A DNA stretch of 64,000 nt from Catajapyx aquilonaris (lineage: Eukaryota). A program made the position numbers and the translations under genes. The stretch spans positions 1-64,000 of the forward strand of contig KZ538259.1 of assembly GCA_000934665.2 (NCBI GenBank), in the 5' to 3' direction. This document shows, one piece after another, positions 39,535 to 51,607 of this stretch; the first letter of the stretch is position 1; each line of letters starts with the position of its first letter. The notes beneath the pieces are model-generated. The model was not told the DNA's origin. It searched no databases and was given only the letters and a program-made list of their open reading frames with translations.

Positions 39535-39615
39535 TCAGAGCCACCACTGGGATTCGAACCCAGATCTCGGGCTGCTTAGTCAGCCCGCGTCGTGCCAGTT
39601 TGACCATGGGGGCAC
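39535..39615 (-). mobile_element. tRNA-like head (SINE fragment or tRNA pseudogene)
   Basis: Minus strand shows an A-box-like tggtcaaactgg and B box ggttcgaatccc, but no convincing acceptor stem. Confidence 0.5.
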
Positions 39616-40622
39616 ATTCGTCCCAACAATGGGGTTCAATAATGTATTGGAGGGGGGGGGGGGGGTAGAGGAAATGGTTGTAACACTTTCCCATGATTAT
39701 AACTGACGGGGGTTCGACACGTTATTTTCAGGGGCTTCATGCACATTCTGCAAATGGCACTCACCTAATCTCCTAATCTGGACAACACTATTATCAACTG
39801 ATCATCATACCCATGGTCAAACTGGATACTGGGCTGCTTGTTATGGGTGACAACGAGCAGCTTTAGCCAATTATTGGGCAATTCGGAACAATGAGGGTGA
39901 AATGAGCAAATGTTTGTAGCGATGCAATGAGTGGCTGAACTTGATTCAAAAAACTAGGAGCCCCCAACTGTTATCCGCGCTTTGATCACACGCCTAATTT
40001 CTTTTTAGTTGCATACATACTACCTTGATAAGCTTTAAATGTCACCATTATCCTATTCGCCAGTCTTATCTGCGGTTTTCATTTGATCAGGTCGCGGTGA
40101 CGTGGTGGATGAGAGGTTATTTAGACACATGAAAGCGTTGGCCAGCCTATACTACGATAAGGAAAGCTAACATATTGGAACGGATGTCTATGCAACATTT
40201 TTTTTTGTCCAATGCCCTCAAAATAACATGTCTTTTATACACGCTCTTGCAGTAACCACGCCGACAACGCATGATAAATATCTCCCTCGTAAAATAGCCA
40301 GCAGTGAGATTTCGAACATGTCCGTGACGCCGTAGATTGGCTGATCAAAATAAAAAGGGGAAATCTTACTATAAAACATGCATCTCGTGTCAAAGGTGTT
40401 CCATATGTGGCAAAAAATTCAACCGAGGCCTGTAAAAAAAATTATGGAGTTCGAGCTTAATTCCAAAATATTTTAAAAAAATCCCACGACATTCCTGAGA
40501 GCGGTATATATTAATTTAAAAGTTGCACAAAAACTTACACTAAATGTGCAGTTTAAACACTGATATGTTTTCTACTTACGGTGCAGGATACTGTATCATG
40601 TTACTGTATAAATCACAAGGGG

Positions 40623-40914
40623 TACTCTCTAAAAATACATAGTTAAAAAAACTCAATAAGAGTTAAATTAACTCTTTTAAACCTTGAAAGTGGTCATTAC
40701 CAAAAATGAGTTATAATAACTCTTTCGCTGGAGTTAAAACAACTCTTTTAGTTCATTTCATCCTCCGAAAGAGATACTAATTCACTCTTTCGAAGGATGA
40801 AATGAACTAAAAGAGTTGTTTTAACTCCAGAAAAGAGTTATTATAACTCATTTTTGGTAATGACCACTTTCAAGGTTTAAAAGAGTTAATTTAACTCTTA
40901 TTTTTTAGAGAGTA
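40623..40914. mobile_element. Near-perfect palindromic MITE
   Basis: TA-CTCTCTAAAAA ends and ~120-bp nearly perfect inverted arms around a ~10-nt loop. Confidence 0.9.
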
Positions 40915-41085
40915 AATGACGAATATAATTATGAGGCTTGCGTAGAGAGAATAACTAATTTTTTGAATTATTTGACCCCTTTCTTAACCCCATGTCATAT
41001 GAAGTCATTTTCTGGTCATTTCCAAAAAATTACTTCACCTTACTTTTTGAACAATCCCTCCCTGCAAACTTATGATTTTGCATCC

Positions 41086-41250
41086 GGCTACTCTTTCGTA
41101 TAGCGAGACTTTTACCTTCTCTCCTAGGCGTGTATCTAGTTAAAGGATAGGCGTGTATCCGCCGGGAAGGAAGGTTAGGTCATGGGGATAGATTGGTGCA
41201 GCGTTCCTCTACCCCTGCCACATTCGGTCTCCCATTATGAAAGTCCTTCC
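41086..41250 (+). repeat. Unclassified ~165-bp interspersed repeat family E (copy 1)
   Basis: Homologous to 44578-44725 and, inverted, to 61432-61601. Confidence 0.8.
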
Positions 41251-44200
41251 TTACAGCCTCCACAAAAAATTGATTCTTCATTACACTCGTCTCTAGGCTT
41301 CCCTAATATCGTCTCTAGGATTCCCTAATATTTAGTTGCAAAAATAACGTTTGGTTCCCCCCCCCCCTCTTTTTCTATCGACCGCTAACATTGTTTAGTA
41401 TACAAAAAAAAACTTTGAAAACAAGTTAATGCTAGGTATTCATGGAAGTTTGCATTTCTCTCCTGCGCATGAGAAGTGTGACTTTCAAGATAAGTTGGGC
41501 CTCTGATATCTAAAGGTGTTCGACTTTTTTGCGCCATGGATAAAAAGTCACGGAATCTGATAGGGTCTACCTGGACTCATAATAAGCATCAGATAAAGAA
41601 AGAAAAAAGTTGATAAAGGGGATGGTGAGCTTCCTTTTAAATTGGCAAAATAAGTTTGTCGCACACAACGGAATTTCGTGGCACTCGAATTGTCATGTAT
41701 TGAACCACGGTCGAGGGTCACCTATGCACCCCCCTCTCCCCCCCCCCCCAAAAAAAAACAACATTACAAACCTTCAAACTTGGCCTCTAAAACATCACGC
41801 AAGCACGAATTAGATATTAATCTGTACTATAAGCCCGCTCTAAATGACATCCAGTTCCAACTGCTGAAAAGTAAACATCAAAATCCCAAAAGTGATCAAT
41901 TCAAACCTCAATATTGGACACAACACCCACATATGAAATTAAGCTCGGTACACTTTGTGGCAACGCAACATGTTACTGGCCACAAAATGGCAAAGGTGTG
42001 TATGTATACCAACCTTTAGGTTGATTGCCATGGTTTAAACGAGGGACCGACACAAATTCCCTCGTTTATGCCATGATTCAACGTTAGAGCGACGCATGAA
42101 GGATGTTTCCATTGGGGAGTATTCTGGTCAGAAGGGATGCATGCTACCGCGCATTAAACTCTGGTACCCATGAGACTCGGATCGAGTTATACTTGCGGTA
42201 CTCACACACCTCACGGCTATCGGTTCAATTCAACCCCTTTTTCTAGATCGGACCTTGTGTAAACGAGGAGCAAGGAAAAGAATTACTAAGTTGCAGAGTT
42301 GCAAATTGAGTGAAGATTGGAAAAACGTCCCTGGAGTAATAAAAATTGATCGGGGAGGGGGGGGGGGGCTTATAGGCGACTGGATTTTACCTTAAGCGCA
42401 TTTTGATGGTGAGTGTTGGTGTAACCGTGAAAAAAAAAAACTGTTGGATTTGTAATTGATATTGTATCAATCTAATTCAGGTCATATAGATTATCGTTGT
42501 TATTTTGGATTGCTTCCAAACTGGCGTTCGAAGCTAATATATGTAACAGGGCTACAAAATTTGACAGGGTATATCCCACCCACACATGATTACTAACGTG
42601 TAACGTGTGACTATGTGACAGCATGTGCTCATAAAGTACAATCAGCTAAATGGTCAGGTGGTAAAATTTTAACAGGATGTTGGCAAGTGAAGCATTTATT
42701 TAAAAAAACATGGCAAAATATGGATGCAGTGTTACTACAACCTTGCAGATTCAAACCACTGTAATGGTTATTTTTTATGTCTTTTACATGTTATTTAATA
42801 GGAAGAGCAAACAAATGCGGAATACTGGGCAAAATAACAGCAGAATAAAAAGGGCTCCAACAATCAGTTAACTGAATGATTCACCTTCGTGCCTGTAGAT
42901 TACTTTTACACTGTAATGTTTGTACTGCTCTTCTACTTACCACGTAAACAAAATTTTGTATTCAAACAGGTGGCAAATGCGGTCGCATTTTGAACAATGT
43001 TTTATCGGGTATTCACAGCTTCCACTGGGCATTCACAGCAGGCAATCTAATTTGAGACCGATACCAATAATTATGAATTCATTAACGTGAATGATTTCAG
43101 TTGCAGATATCTGGATCACATGCTGAATTTAGAAGACCCATATCGAACTTGAAATTTTGTTCAGCCAATGCAGCATGTAAGCACGATAATCATCTCTGCC
43201 CATCTTGCGAGCAGAGTTTTTGTGACCGTCATTCACTGTCAGAAACGCTGACATTGAAGGTATTCTAGTGATTACAAGTAAGTACTTTTTATAGGTTTCC
43301 ATATAAAGTGCGCAATTTACTTCCAGGAACGGCACAATTGAACTTCTACCTTGAAGGATTTCTAGTGCGAAAACTGCGTAGGCTGGAACTGTATCAACAG
43401 TTCAACGACGCTCAGGGACAATTCTTTTTGAACTGTTGATACACAAGTTGGTGGAAAATACATGTGAGCATCTAGAATGCACGCTTCTTTTTTTGTGTTT
43501 ATATACGAGCCTGGAGAGGTCACTTTTGCGCAAGGTTACCTCGTTCCTCCACATTCATCTCCAGCTGAGAAAAGCCAGTTGTGTGAACGACTCTAAAAAC
43601 AAAAACAAAAAAACAAATGACTCCGAGTGTGCATCTGACAGACACTCAACTGGTCTCACCACGACTCTCCAAAGAAGCATAAGGAAAAGGCATGCCACAT
43701 CCGCCCTTCTCATGTCGACACCAACGCTCTTATTAACCAACAAGTCGCCAGACACACTTGCGAAAAAGTCATCCCGCGGTGTCCATTTACATAAGAAAGG
43801 AGAACAAACTCATGCATTTCCCCCCAAGAAAAGTGTCCAACTGAGCACGTGTACATACGTAGTGAATAAGTCATTGCAACCGTCAATTGCTCTGTAACTA
43901 CACGTATCGTCCTGGAAGGGTCTGCCTTTCCAGGACGATACGTGTAGCCTCTTGGCCAACAGCCTGTCATCAACCGGATGGAAATGGTCAGTGCTACATC
44001 ACTTGAAAACCTCAATAGACCTATAAAAGTGGCAGCAGGCCCATTCATCTTTTTTGCAGACAACCCCCCGGAAAAAGTTTTCCATTTGGACCCAAATCCC
44101 CGTCACACAACACACAAAAATCTGGCCCCAGAATAATATGCACACACAAAAAAATAGAAATGCATGGATGATGCGGTACGTGGTCCTGCCCTGGGTACCC

Positions 44201-44577
44201 AAGATTGCATTTATGTCGGCGGGAGCGGTGGGATGGTTGACAATCCCCTCAACTGCAAAAACTCCGCCATACCCCCTCCTCTCTCTTCGGTTGGGCGTTG
44301 CACAAACCATAGGGATCGATATTGTTGAAGTCTTCGCAACAAAGCGAGAGGCATAGCGGATGTAAAGTTGTCCCTGGCAGCTCTCGTCTCCCTCGAGTTA
44401 CCCGCCCACAGTATCTGGCTTGGGGGTGAAGGGCGAGGAGAGACCTGATATCAGTGAAGTTTAAATTAAAACTGAATTGTAACACTGGATGGTCAGGATC
44501 CAAGATTTTACAAGATACAATCCATCAGAGTAATGCTTCAGTTGCCCTATTTCCCAGTTCAAGTAGTAGGTGAAGAT

Positions 44578-44725
44578 GGCTACGCTTTCGTATCGGGAGA
44601 CCCCGCAATTTTACGTACCTACTCTCCTAGGCGTGTATCCGCTGAAGGATAGGTGTATCCGCCGGGAAGGAAGGTTAGATCATGGAGTAGGTTTGTGCAA
44701 CGTGCCCCTACCCCTGCCACATTCG
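44578..44725 (+). repeat. Interspersed repeat family E (copy 2)
   Basis: ggctacgctttc...cctaggcgtgtatccgctgaaggataggtgtatccgccgggaagg...cccctgccacattcg. Confidence 0.8.
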
Positions 44726-44997
44726 ATGCATTGGAAATTGATTACAGGATGAATACTGTACAGTACTTACTTTGAATCGTACTCTACATTACTATGCTGC
44801 ACTATGAAACCCGAGAGATTGAAATCCTAATAAGTTGGACACCTCCCTATGTTGGATATTTTAAACGGAACCGTTAGTGTCCAACATATACAGGTTTTAC
44901 TATACGGCTGATTTTCGCCATTCTGATGACCTATCAGTTCACTTAAGTCAGATATAACGCTTATTCCTGGCTGCCTCACTTAAAAAATGACTCCAAA

Positions 44998-45323
44998 TAC
45001 AGGGTGTCTCAACTTTTTTGTCCGAACAGTTATCGGAAAATTGCACGTAGCTGCTACTTTGTAAGCAGTGACTTGCAAACGGTGATTTTTTGGAGGAACG
45101 GGGAATATTCTTTGCGAATCGTAGGTTGAAGTGGCATACGTGCTGCCCGCTGAAAATTGAGGGTCAAGCCTGGTAAAAAGAGGGTCACACATGCCATGGG
45201 ATTATCTTTTTCCCCATTCCCAATTCCTCCGACAAATCACCGGTTACAAGTCCCTGCTTACAAAGTAGCAGCTACGTGCATTTTTCCGATAACTGTTCGG
45301 ACAAAAAATTGAAACACCCTGTG
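44998..45323. mobile_element. Tc1/mariner MITE
   Basis: TA-CAGGGTGT ends and ~100-bp inverted arms. Confidence 0.85.
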
Positions 45324-46956
45324 TAGCTTGTGTTTTTTAAATGGCAAAAATCGTCAAAAAATACTCCATCAGTAATATCTCTCAATAGTGGCAGAACCGA
45401 CTTCATTTGCCTCAGGGAAAGAAACACGTTGAATCCCTTCCTCCCCGCTTCTCCCTTCTCCCACCCCTGCCCTCCCAGATATTGATAGTGGCAGGCCAGG
45501 TTTCTCCCCGTCCTCCCTTCTGAAGACGAGGCAATTTATCTTATCCAGAGTTAGCTCCGACACAAAGGAGGTCCCTTGAAGGAAACTTCACATCTGTTGG
45601 GGCTTGATCCTGCCAAACCACAAAGAAGCCAAGTTAGCCCCTAATAAGTATAATTCACTTATCCACACTCTCGGTGGACTTTTCCGTGGGCCATTCCCAG
45701 AGGGTGGACTAGTTGAAGTTGGTCGGTAGAAGAATGTTGTTTCATTATTACCAGCATAACGATTCGCGTCCGGGACAGTGGGGACACTTCCTAATTGCTG
45801 TGGAGGGTGTCATTTAGGCGGGATGTTGGTGTTAGAGGGGGGAGCGTTCACTAATGAGGAGGCTAATTGGCTTCGTTCATTGAGCACTGAGATAGTGTCT
45901 AGTGAATGGTTTAAAAATTATTGTCAGAATAAAGTGGTCAATGTTGGAACTCTCTGCAAGTTCCAATTAGTGTGACACTGATGTTATCTCTTTGAGCTTC
46001 TAGGCACCATCCACTGTAATGGTTAAAGGTGCATTTTTAGCTGTGGTGTAAATTTAATGGCATCTCCTGCATTATTTAAGAGACTTTCAAGAAAGTGAAA
46101 AGTTTCTAAATTTTGGACACATGCTTTAATTATCTGTGCAATTGCGCAATATTGTTGAAACAGTGACTTTTAATAAACTAGCCTGCTGGATCCATAATCA
46201 AGTCATATACGCCTGTTCGGATATATGGAACAAACAAGAATATTACCGTAATGTCCGTATAGGCCTACTACTATTGTTTGTTCCATATGTTCGAAAAGGA
46301 GTACACCACTGTTATCTGTGACCAAAAGGTGGGCTGAGAATGACAAGAGCATCTATGTTAAAACGACAATATAAATATGTCATTCACGCATAAATATGAC
46401 ACTATAGCCACAATGTATGTGTCATTATCACTCAAATAATAATTAATCCCGATAACACTGTGTGATGAACATTCTGCTATTGTTCTTCATGTAAATAACT
46501 ATCGATTGTGCAATATTAACTCTATGTTTAACTTAAGTCAATATTCAACATGATAGCTGAGGAAATACTACAATATTGCATTATATTTAGGGCTAAAATG
46601 TAGTGTAGTGGTTATGGCAACAGTACCTATAGTTCGGTCCCAGAGTAATGTCATATTATGAATTTTATTCCGGACAGTTCTGAAGTCCAGCCCATAATGA
46701 GAAAATAAACTGACCAGTATGTTGTCATATTTACGCGCAACGTGAGGATGGTAATAGGCCTAAACATTGTATTCTTATTTTTTTCGGCTATTTTTGTACA
46801 TATGACTACGTATTATTTGCTGTCGGTATTGAAAGCAAACAGATGCCGTTCCGCTCCTATGTGCTGTGTCACGCTCGGTTGCAATATTAATATGAAGATG
46901 GACCCCGAGCTGCATTTGATTCAGTGCGTAGTTACATCCAATATTCAACCTGATTG

Positions 46957-47217
46957 AGGGCGACACGGTGGCCGAGTGGTTAGCGCCGCAGCCTTCCACC
47001 TCTAAGGTCCCGAGTTCGATCCCCGGGTCGGACGGAGGATATACTTATGTGGATAGAGTTTCGATGGGTTCTCTCCGTGATCGCGTGGGTTTTCTCGGGG
47101 TTCTCCCGTTTCCTCCCACTATCAAAATCCATCACATTACAGGCAAATGATTAAAGTCGGGTATTCAAAAGATGATCCCCTAAGAGGCCCAAGGGGCCTA
47201 TCACGGGGTATCCATTA

Positions 47218-47281
<64 letters not shown>
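46957..47281 (+). mobile_element. SINE family B, full length, (ATT)n tail
   Basis: A box gtggccgagtgg, B box gagttcgatccc, V/Meta-like core, 3' hairpin. 16-bp TSD atattcaacctgattg at 46941 and 47282. Confidence 0.92.
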
Positions 47282-47285
<4 letters not shown>

Positions 47286-48659
47286 TCAACCTGATTGGGA
47301 ATGGGGCATAGGGTGAACGTCCACTGCATACGCACAGTCAAAAAAATAATTTCCTGCCTAAGTCCCTTCTGATTCAATCCGACTTAAATTGGGACAACCC
47401 ACTTCAGCGCAAAGTGGAAATAAATGACAGAATTGACACTGGCGCGCTCAGAAAATCTGCCGAATTGAGGAAGAGACGAATTCCACCACAGGATATATCT
47501 ATTTAAAAAATGAAAACAGTGGCGACACTTGCGAATCAATTTTTACGAGGAGGACCACACGAGGTTAGTGGGAATAAAATTTCTAGGGACTCTATATGCA
47601 GGCGGAAATGACAAGGAAGGTGCAGATTCAGCCCCCTCCCCCCCCCCCNNNNNNNNNNNNNNNNNNNNNNNNNNNNNNNNNNNNNNNNNNNNNNNNNNNN
47701 NNNNNNNNNNNNNNNNNNNNNNNNNNNNNNNNNNNNNNNNNNNNNNNNNNNNNNNNNNNNNNNNNNNNNNNNNNNNNNNNNNNNNNNNNNNNNNNNNNNN
47801 NNNNNNNNNNNNNNNNNNNNNNNNNNNNNNNNNNNNNNNNNNNNNNNNNNNNNNNNNNNNNNNNNNNNNNNNNNNNNNNNNNNNNNNNNNNNNNNNNNNN
47901 NNNNGGGGGGGGGGGGAGGGGGGGAGATCTCGGGGAGGGGGGTAGCTGGAGCATCTTGGTTCTGAGGCGCTGGGCTTCAATTTGCTCCCCTCCTTTATTG
48001 GCCCGTAAAATACCCGTACCAATCGAAACGACAGAGGTAAATCTGCTGCTTTGATTCCGAGTCGGACGCTTGAGAGTAACACTGGAAGTCAAAACTTCAC
48101 CAGAGACAGACTTCCACTGCGTCATGTGCACCTGAGATAACTACTGTTCAGCAAACTGTTTTGCAAACACCAGCCTCTAACGGGCCACCAAAATGTGGAA
48201 CATCATTACTTTGAACTATATAAGAAGTTTAGTGAGAATTCTGCACAAGCTAGTTAAAATATTATAAATAACTTTGTAGTAATCCTGTATATAACGAGTT
48301 GTTTGGCATTACAATTCTTGGCAGGAAATGCAAGTTGCCTTATGAGGCTGTTTCACAACTGTTCTTTTTACACGTTAAATTTCAACATGTATGCGTCACT
48401 AATTCACGACAACTTGTGGGAACGACAGTAATTAGGTAAACTTAGCTATCATGGGAGCAGTTGTAATACAATAAACTGAACCGTCAACTGAACTATTAAA
48501 ACGACAAACGTTAGCCTGGTAATATTTTATGTACTGAAGAGTAGCAACATGTGTTGAGGCTACTTTGTTCATACAGAATGAAAGGGAGAGTGGGTAGCTT
48601 CAACTGTTTCCTACCATTCGAAATCCATCAACAAGGAGATGGTTCAATAGTGTTAGAAA

Positions 48660-48890
48660 CCGAAGCAGGTTGGCATAGTGGATAAGGCGTCCGACTGATA
48701 ATCGGGAGGTCCTGGGTTCGAATCCCGGGGCCGGCAACCTTGACCGTGGTTTTCTGTGGTTTTCCACGGTCTTTCTAGGATAATTCCGGGGTTGCTTCCG
48801 TATAATAGGCCACAGCCGCTTCCTTCCTTCCCTATCATTGGAGGTTGAAAGGCAATGCTGGGCCAACCTCATTAAATATATCAATTATAA
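48660..48890 (+). mobile_element. SINE family A with a different 3' tail
   Basis: Family A head and body, then a gaggttg..caacctc hairpin. 11-bp TSD agtgttagaaa at 48649 and 48891. Confidence 0.85.
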
Positions 48891-48946
48891 AGTGTTAGAA
48901 AATGATAACATTATTTTAAGAGCCACAGTCACGTCACAGTCATGAT

Positions 48947-49064
<118 letters not shown>

Positions 49065-50832
49065 CAGGGGACAAAAAATTACATAAGATTCAGAGGCAAA
49101 AGTTTTTAAACACCCTGAATATCTCTCAAGATCAACAGCAAACGGATATTCTGATCTGATCGATCCCATCAGGTCACATGACAGTTGAAAAGTGTCCACA
49201 GACTCTGTGGCCCCCTCTCCAAATCTAATAGAGAAGAAAGTCTCAAAATGTGCAAATCAAAAGAACCCCATAAACGTGCAGACTCCAAATCAAGTGAAAA
49301 ACATGGTTTGATTAGGTAGGAGGTTAAAGGCAGCACATTTACGAGGTGGCTATTAGGATCAGTCATTCTCCATCGAACATAAAAATAGCAGATTTTACGA
49401 GAGACGCTAACCATGAAAAGCTGATCATCCAAAGACTTTGGTGGCCATAAAATGCCGGAAGTTTCCGTATTCCCTTCGCGAACTTGATTCAGTAAGAATG
49501 GGCAAAAAGCCGACCGAAAAACAGGCAGCCCAATCTTGAAGCAGTTGCCCTTTTCTCCTCCACATAAAACAAGAGTCACAAAGCCTCCCCCTAACCGTTA
49601 CGAAATCAGCAGGAAAGTGGCATTCTCTTGTCATGAATTCAACAGTGAAATTAACCGAAAGTAACTTGGCTAATGCATGCTTGAGCTTGCAAAGAGTGGA
49701 GTGGTCCAATGGTAAAACGTCCTTTAAAGCCACTCGACTATTCTGAAACTGGCAGTTGCAATTGGGGTAGGGAGAGAGAGAGACAGGACACCCTCTCTCT
49801 CAGCCTTCCCCCAGCCAAAACCCCACGTTCATCATTCAGTAAGTACTCTTACAGTCGAAAACTCTTTCCTATTTCAACCCTTGGTCAGCACAATCCTGTC
49901 ATCGAACCAAGAGTTCTCTCTCACACTACTTGTGTTTTGCACGTCACTCTTCATTAAAAAAAAGTTGGCCAGCTACTAATTCATTTGAAATTTTAGGTCC
50001 CTTGCGAATGTGAGTAAAAGGACTCGATCTGCTTTGAACCCTGCACATGTGTGTCTCATTAAAATTTGTGAGGCCAATATTTCTCTCGTCCATGTCCAGA
50101 GAAATCGGTGAACTGAAATCTGGAGAGCCAATTGGAGAAGCTGGATAAATAAATAAAAAAGTTTGGTAGCCAACAACTTTAGAGGGGACTGTATAATGAC
50201 AAGCAAGTGCACCATTTTCTTCTCCACTCTGCAACAATTAGGACCAAGCTCGTCATTATCCCCATAAGAGAGGAAAAAAATAATCAATTTTTCGTCTCCC
50301 GCTTCCGGGTTGAGCTAAATAAATATACCCAACCAGGAATTGCCTCACCTTTTTTCCCCCCTTTCTTTTCCTTCTTTTCTTTTGACTTGAATCAACTGGA
50401 CTTGGGCTTCGTAAATTCGGAGAATGAAATGCAATTAATTTGTTCTCTCCCTTCCAACCCGCCCCTGGATCTTTTCGCTTTGTCTGTAGTTCTCAATAGG
50501 CCGAGTGTCGCTGCTAACAATCTGGGGCCTAAACCTGGGCAAACAATTTGAATAGTCCCTGGGTCGAGATCAAAGACATCATTAGACTCGATGTGGGCGA
50601 CCATTGGGATACGCGCCTGTCTGCAGCGGTAAACAAGGGTTGCTATTCCGGTGAAGAATGCTTCAGTGTGAAACTAATACTCTGCACAGAGATCGTCGTT
50701 TGATGTGCCTGAAATACATTGTATGGATCATAATAATTTATCTAACAGTGATAAGTCGTGCCTACAACAAATGTGATAAATATGACACCACATAAACAGA
50801 ATTGACTTGAGTCTGTCCATGGTGTTCTTGTA

Positions 50833-51250
50833 GTTTTTTTTTGTGTGTAATGCACCGTGATAGGGCCATGGGCCCTTTTAGGAGGGAAGGGCGCTCTTAA
50901 TTAGTTTCTAGTCTTTCCGCTTTTCACCCGACATGCCGGGGCAGAATTGCACTCCTTACTCTGTCCAGGGCCATGAGAAAAGGTCTGGTGTATTTCAGAA
51001 AGTCAACAATGACTATAATTACGGCGCCGTCCCTTGGGAACCTCCCCTTCCCCACTAAAAGGGTTCCGCCCTATCACAGGGTAATTTAGAAAAAATAAAT
51101 AAATAAATAAAAAGTTTCTAGTCATTTCTGACCCTCTTAAATGCCAGACCTTTTCTCTTAGCCCTGGGCAGAGAAGGGAGTGCAATTCTGCCCGGACATG
51201 GGAGAAAAACGGAAAGAGACCCCACCAAGCGAAGGTGACGGGGACGTTCA
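50833..51250 (-). mobile_element. Retroposon family D (outer copy, 5' limit uncertain)
   Basis: The minus strand ends in the shared hairpin (ccctcctaaaagggcccatggccctatcacggtg) and an A-tail. It is interrupted by the inner copy. Confidence 0.65.
50914..51112 (+). mobile_element. Retroposon family D (inner, 5'-truncated copy)
   Basis: Reverse complement of 51113-51220, with hairpin tail and (AAAT)n. 11-bp TSD agtttctagtc at 50903 and 51113. Confidence 0.8.
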
Positions 51251-51356
51251 TGTAGTAGGCTATTACTTTCCCCCGACAGCGGCAGTAGTGTGCCTGTGCG
51301 CCACCTAGTAGGAGGCGAACCGGGCAGTGTTGCCAATTTTGGCATCTGGTTCACTC

Positions 51357-51607
51357 CAGGGTCCCCTACATGGTTGCCTCCCCCACCCTAACCCGGGTAT
51401 TGTCTTCACGTAGTCCTTATTCAATCTAGCTCCAATATGTCCGCCCCATGCTGCAGGATAGGGAATTGGCAAGCGATTCGTTTTTGTTTTTTTCAATTGT
51501 TTTTTTTTCCTATGCAATTTTCCTATCTGATTTAGCTCCAATATGGAGGAGAGACAATACCCTGTCTAGGGGGGGGGGGGGGGAAGGCACTCATGGAGGT
51601 GACCCTG
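51357..51607. mobile_element. hAT MITE
   Basis: About 50 bp of imperfect TIRs starting cagggtc, with an exact 8-bp TSD gttcactc at 51349 and 51608. Confidence 0.85.

Noticed and set aside
47630..47942. C-run / gap / G-run apparent inverted repeat and the ORFs spanning it
   Set aside because: This is an assembly gap (also 31825-31883 and 57533-57551). The ORFs are made of X residues.
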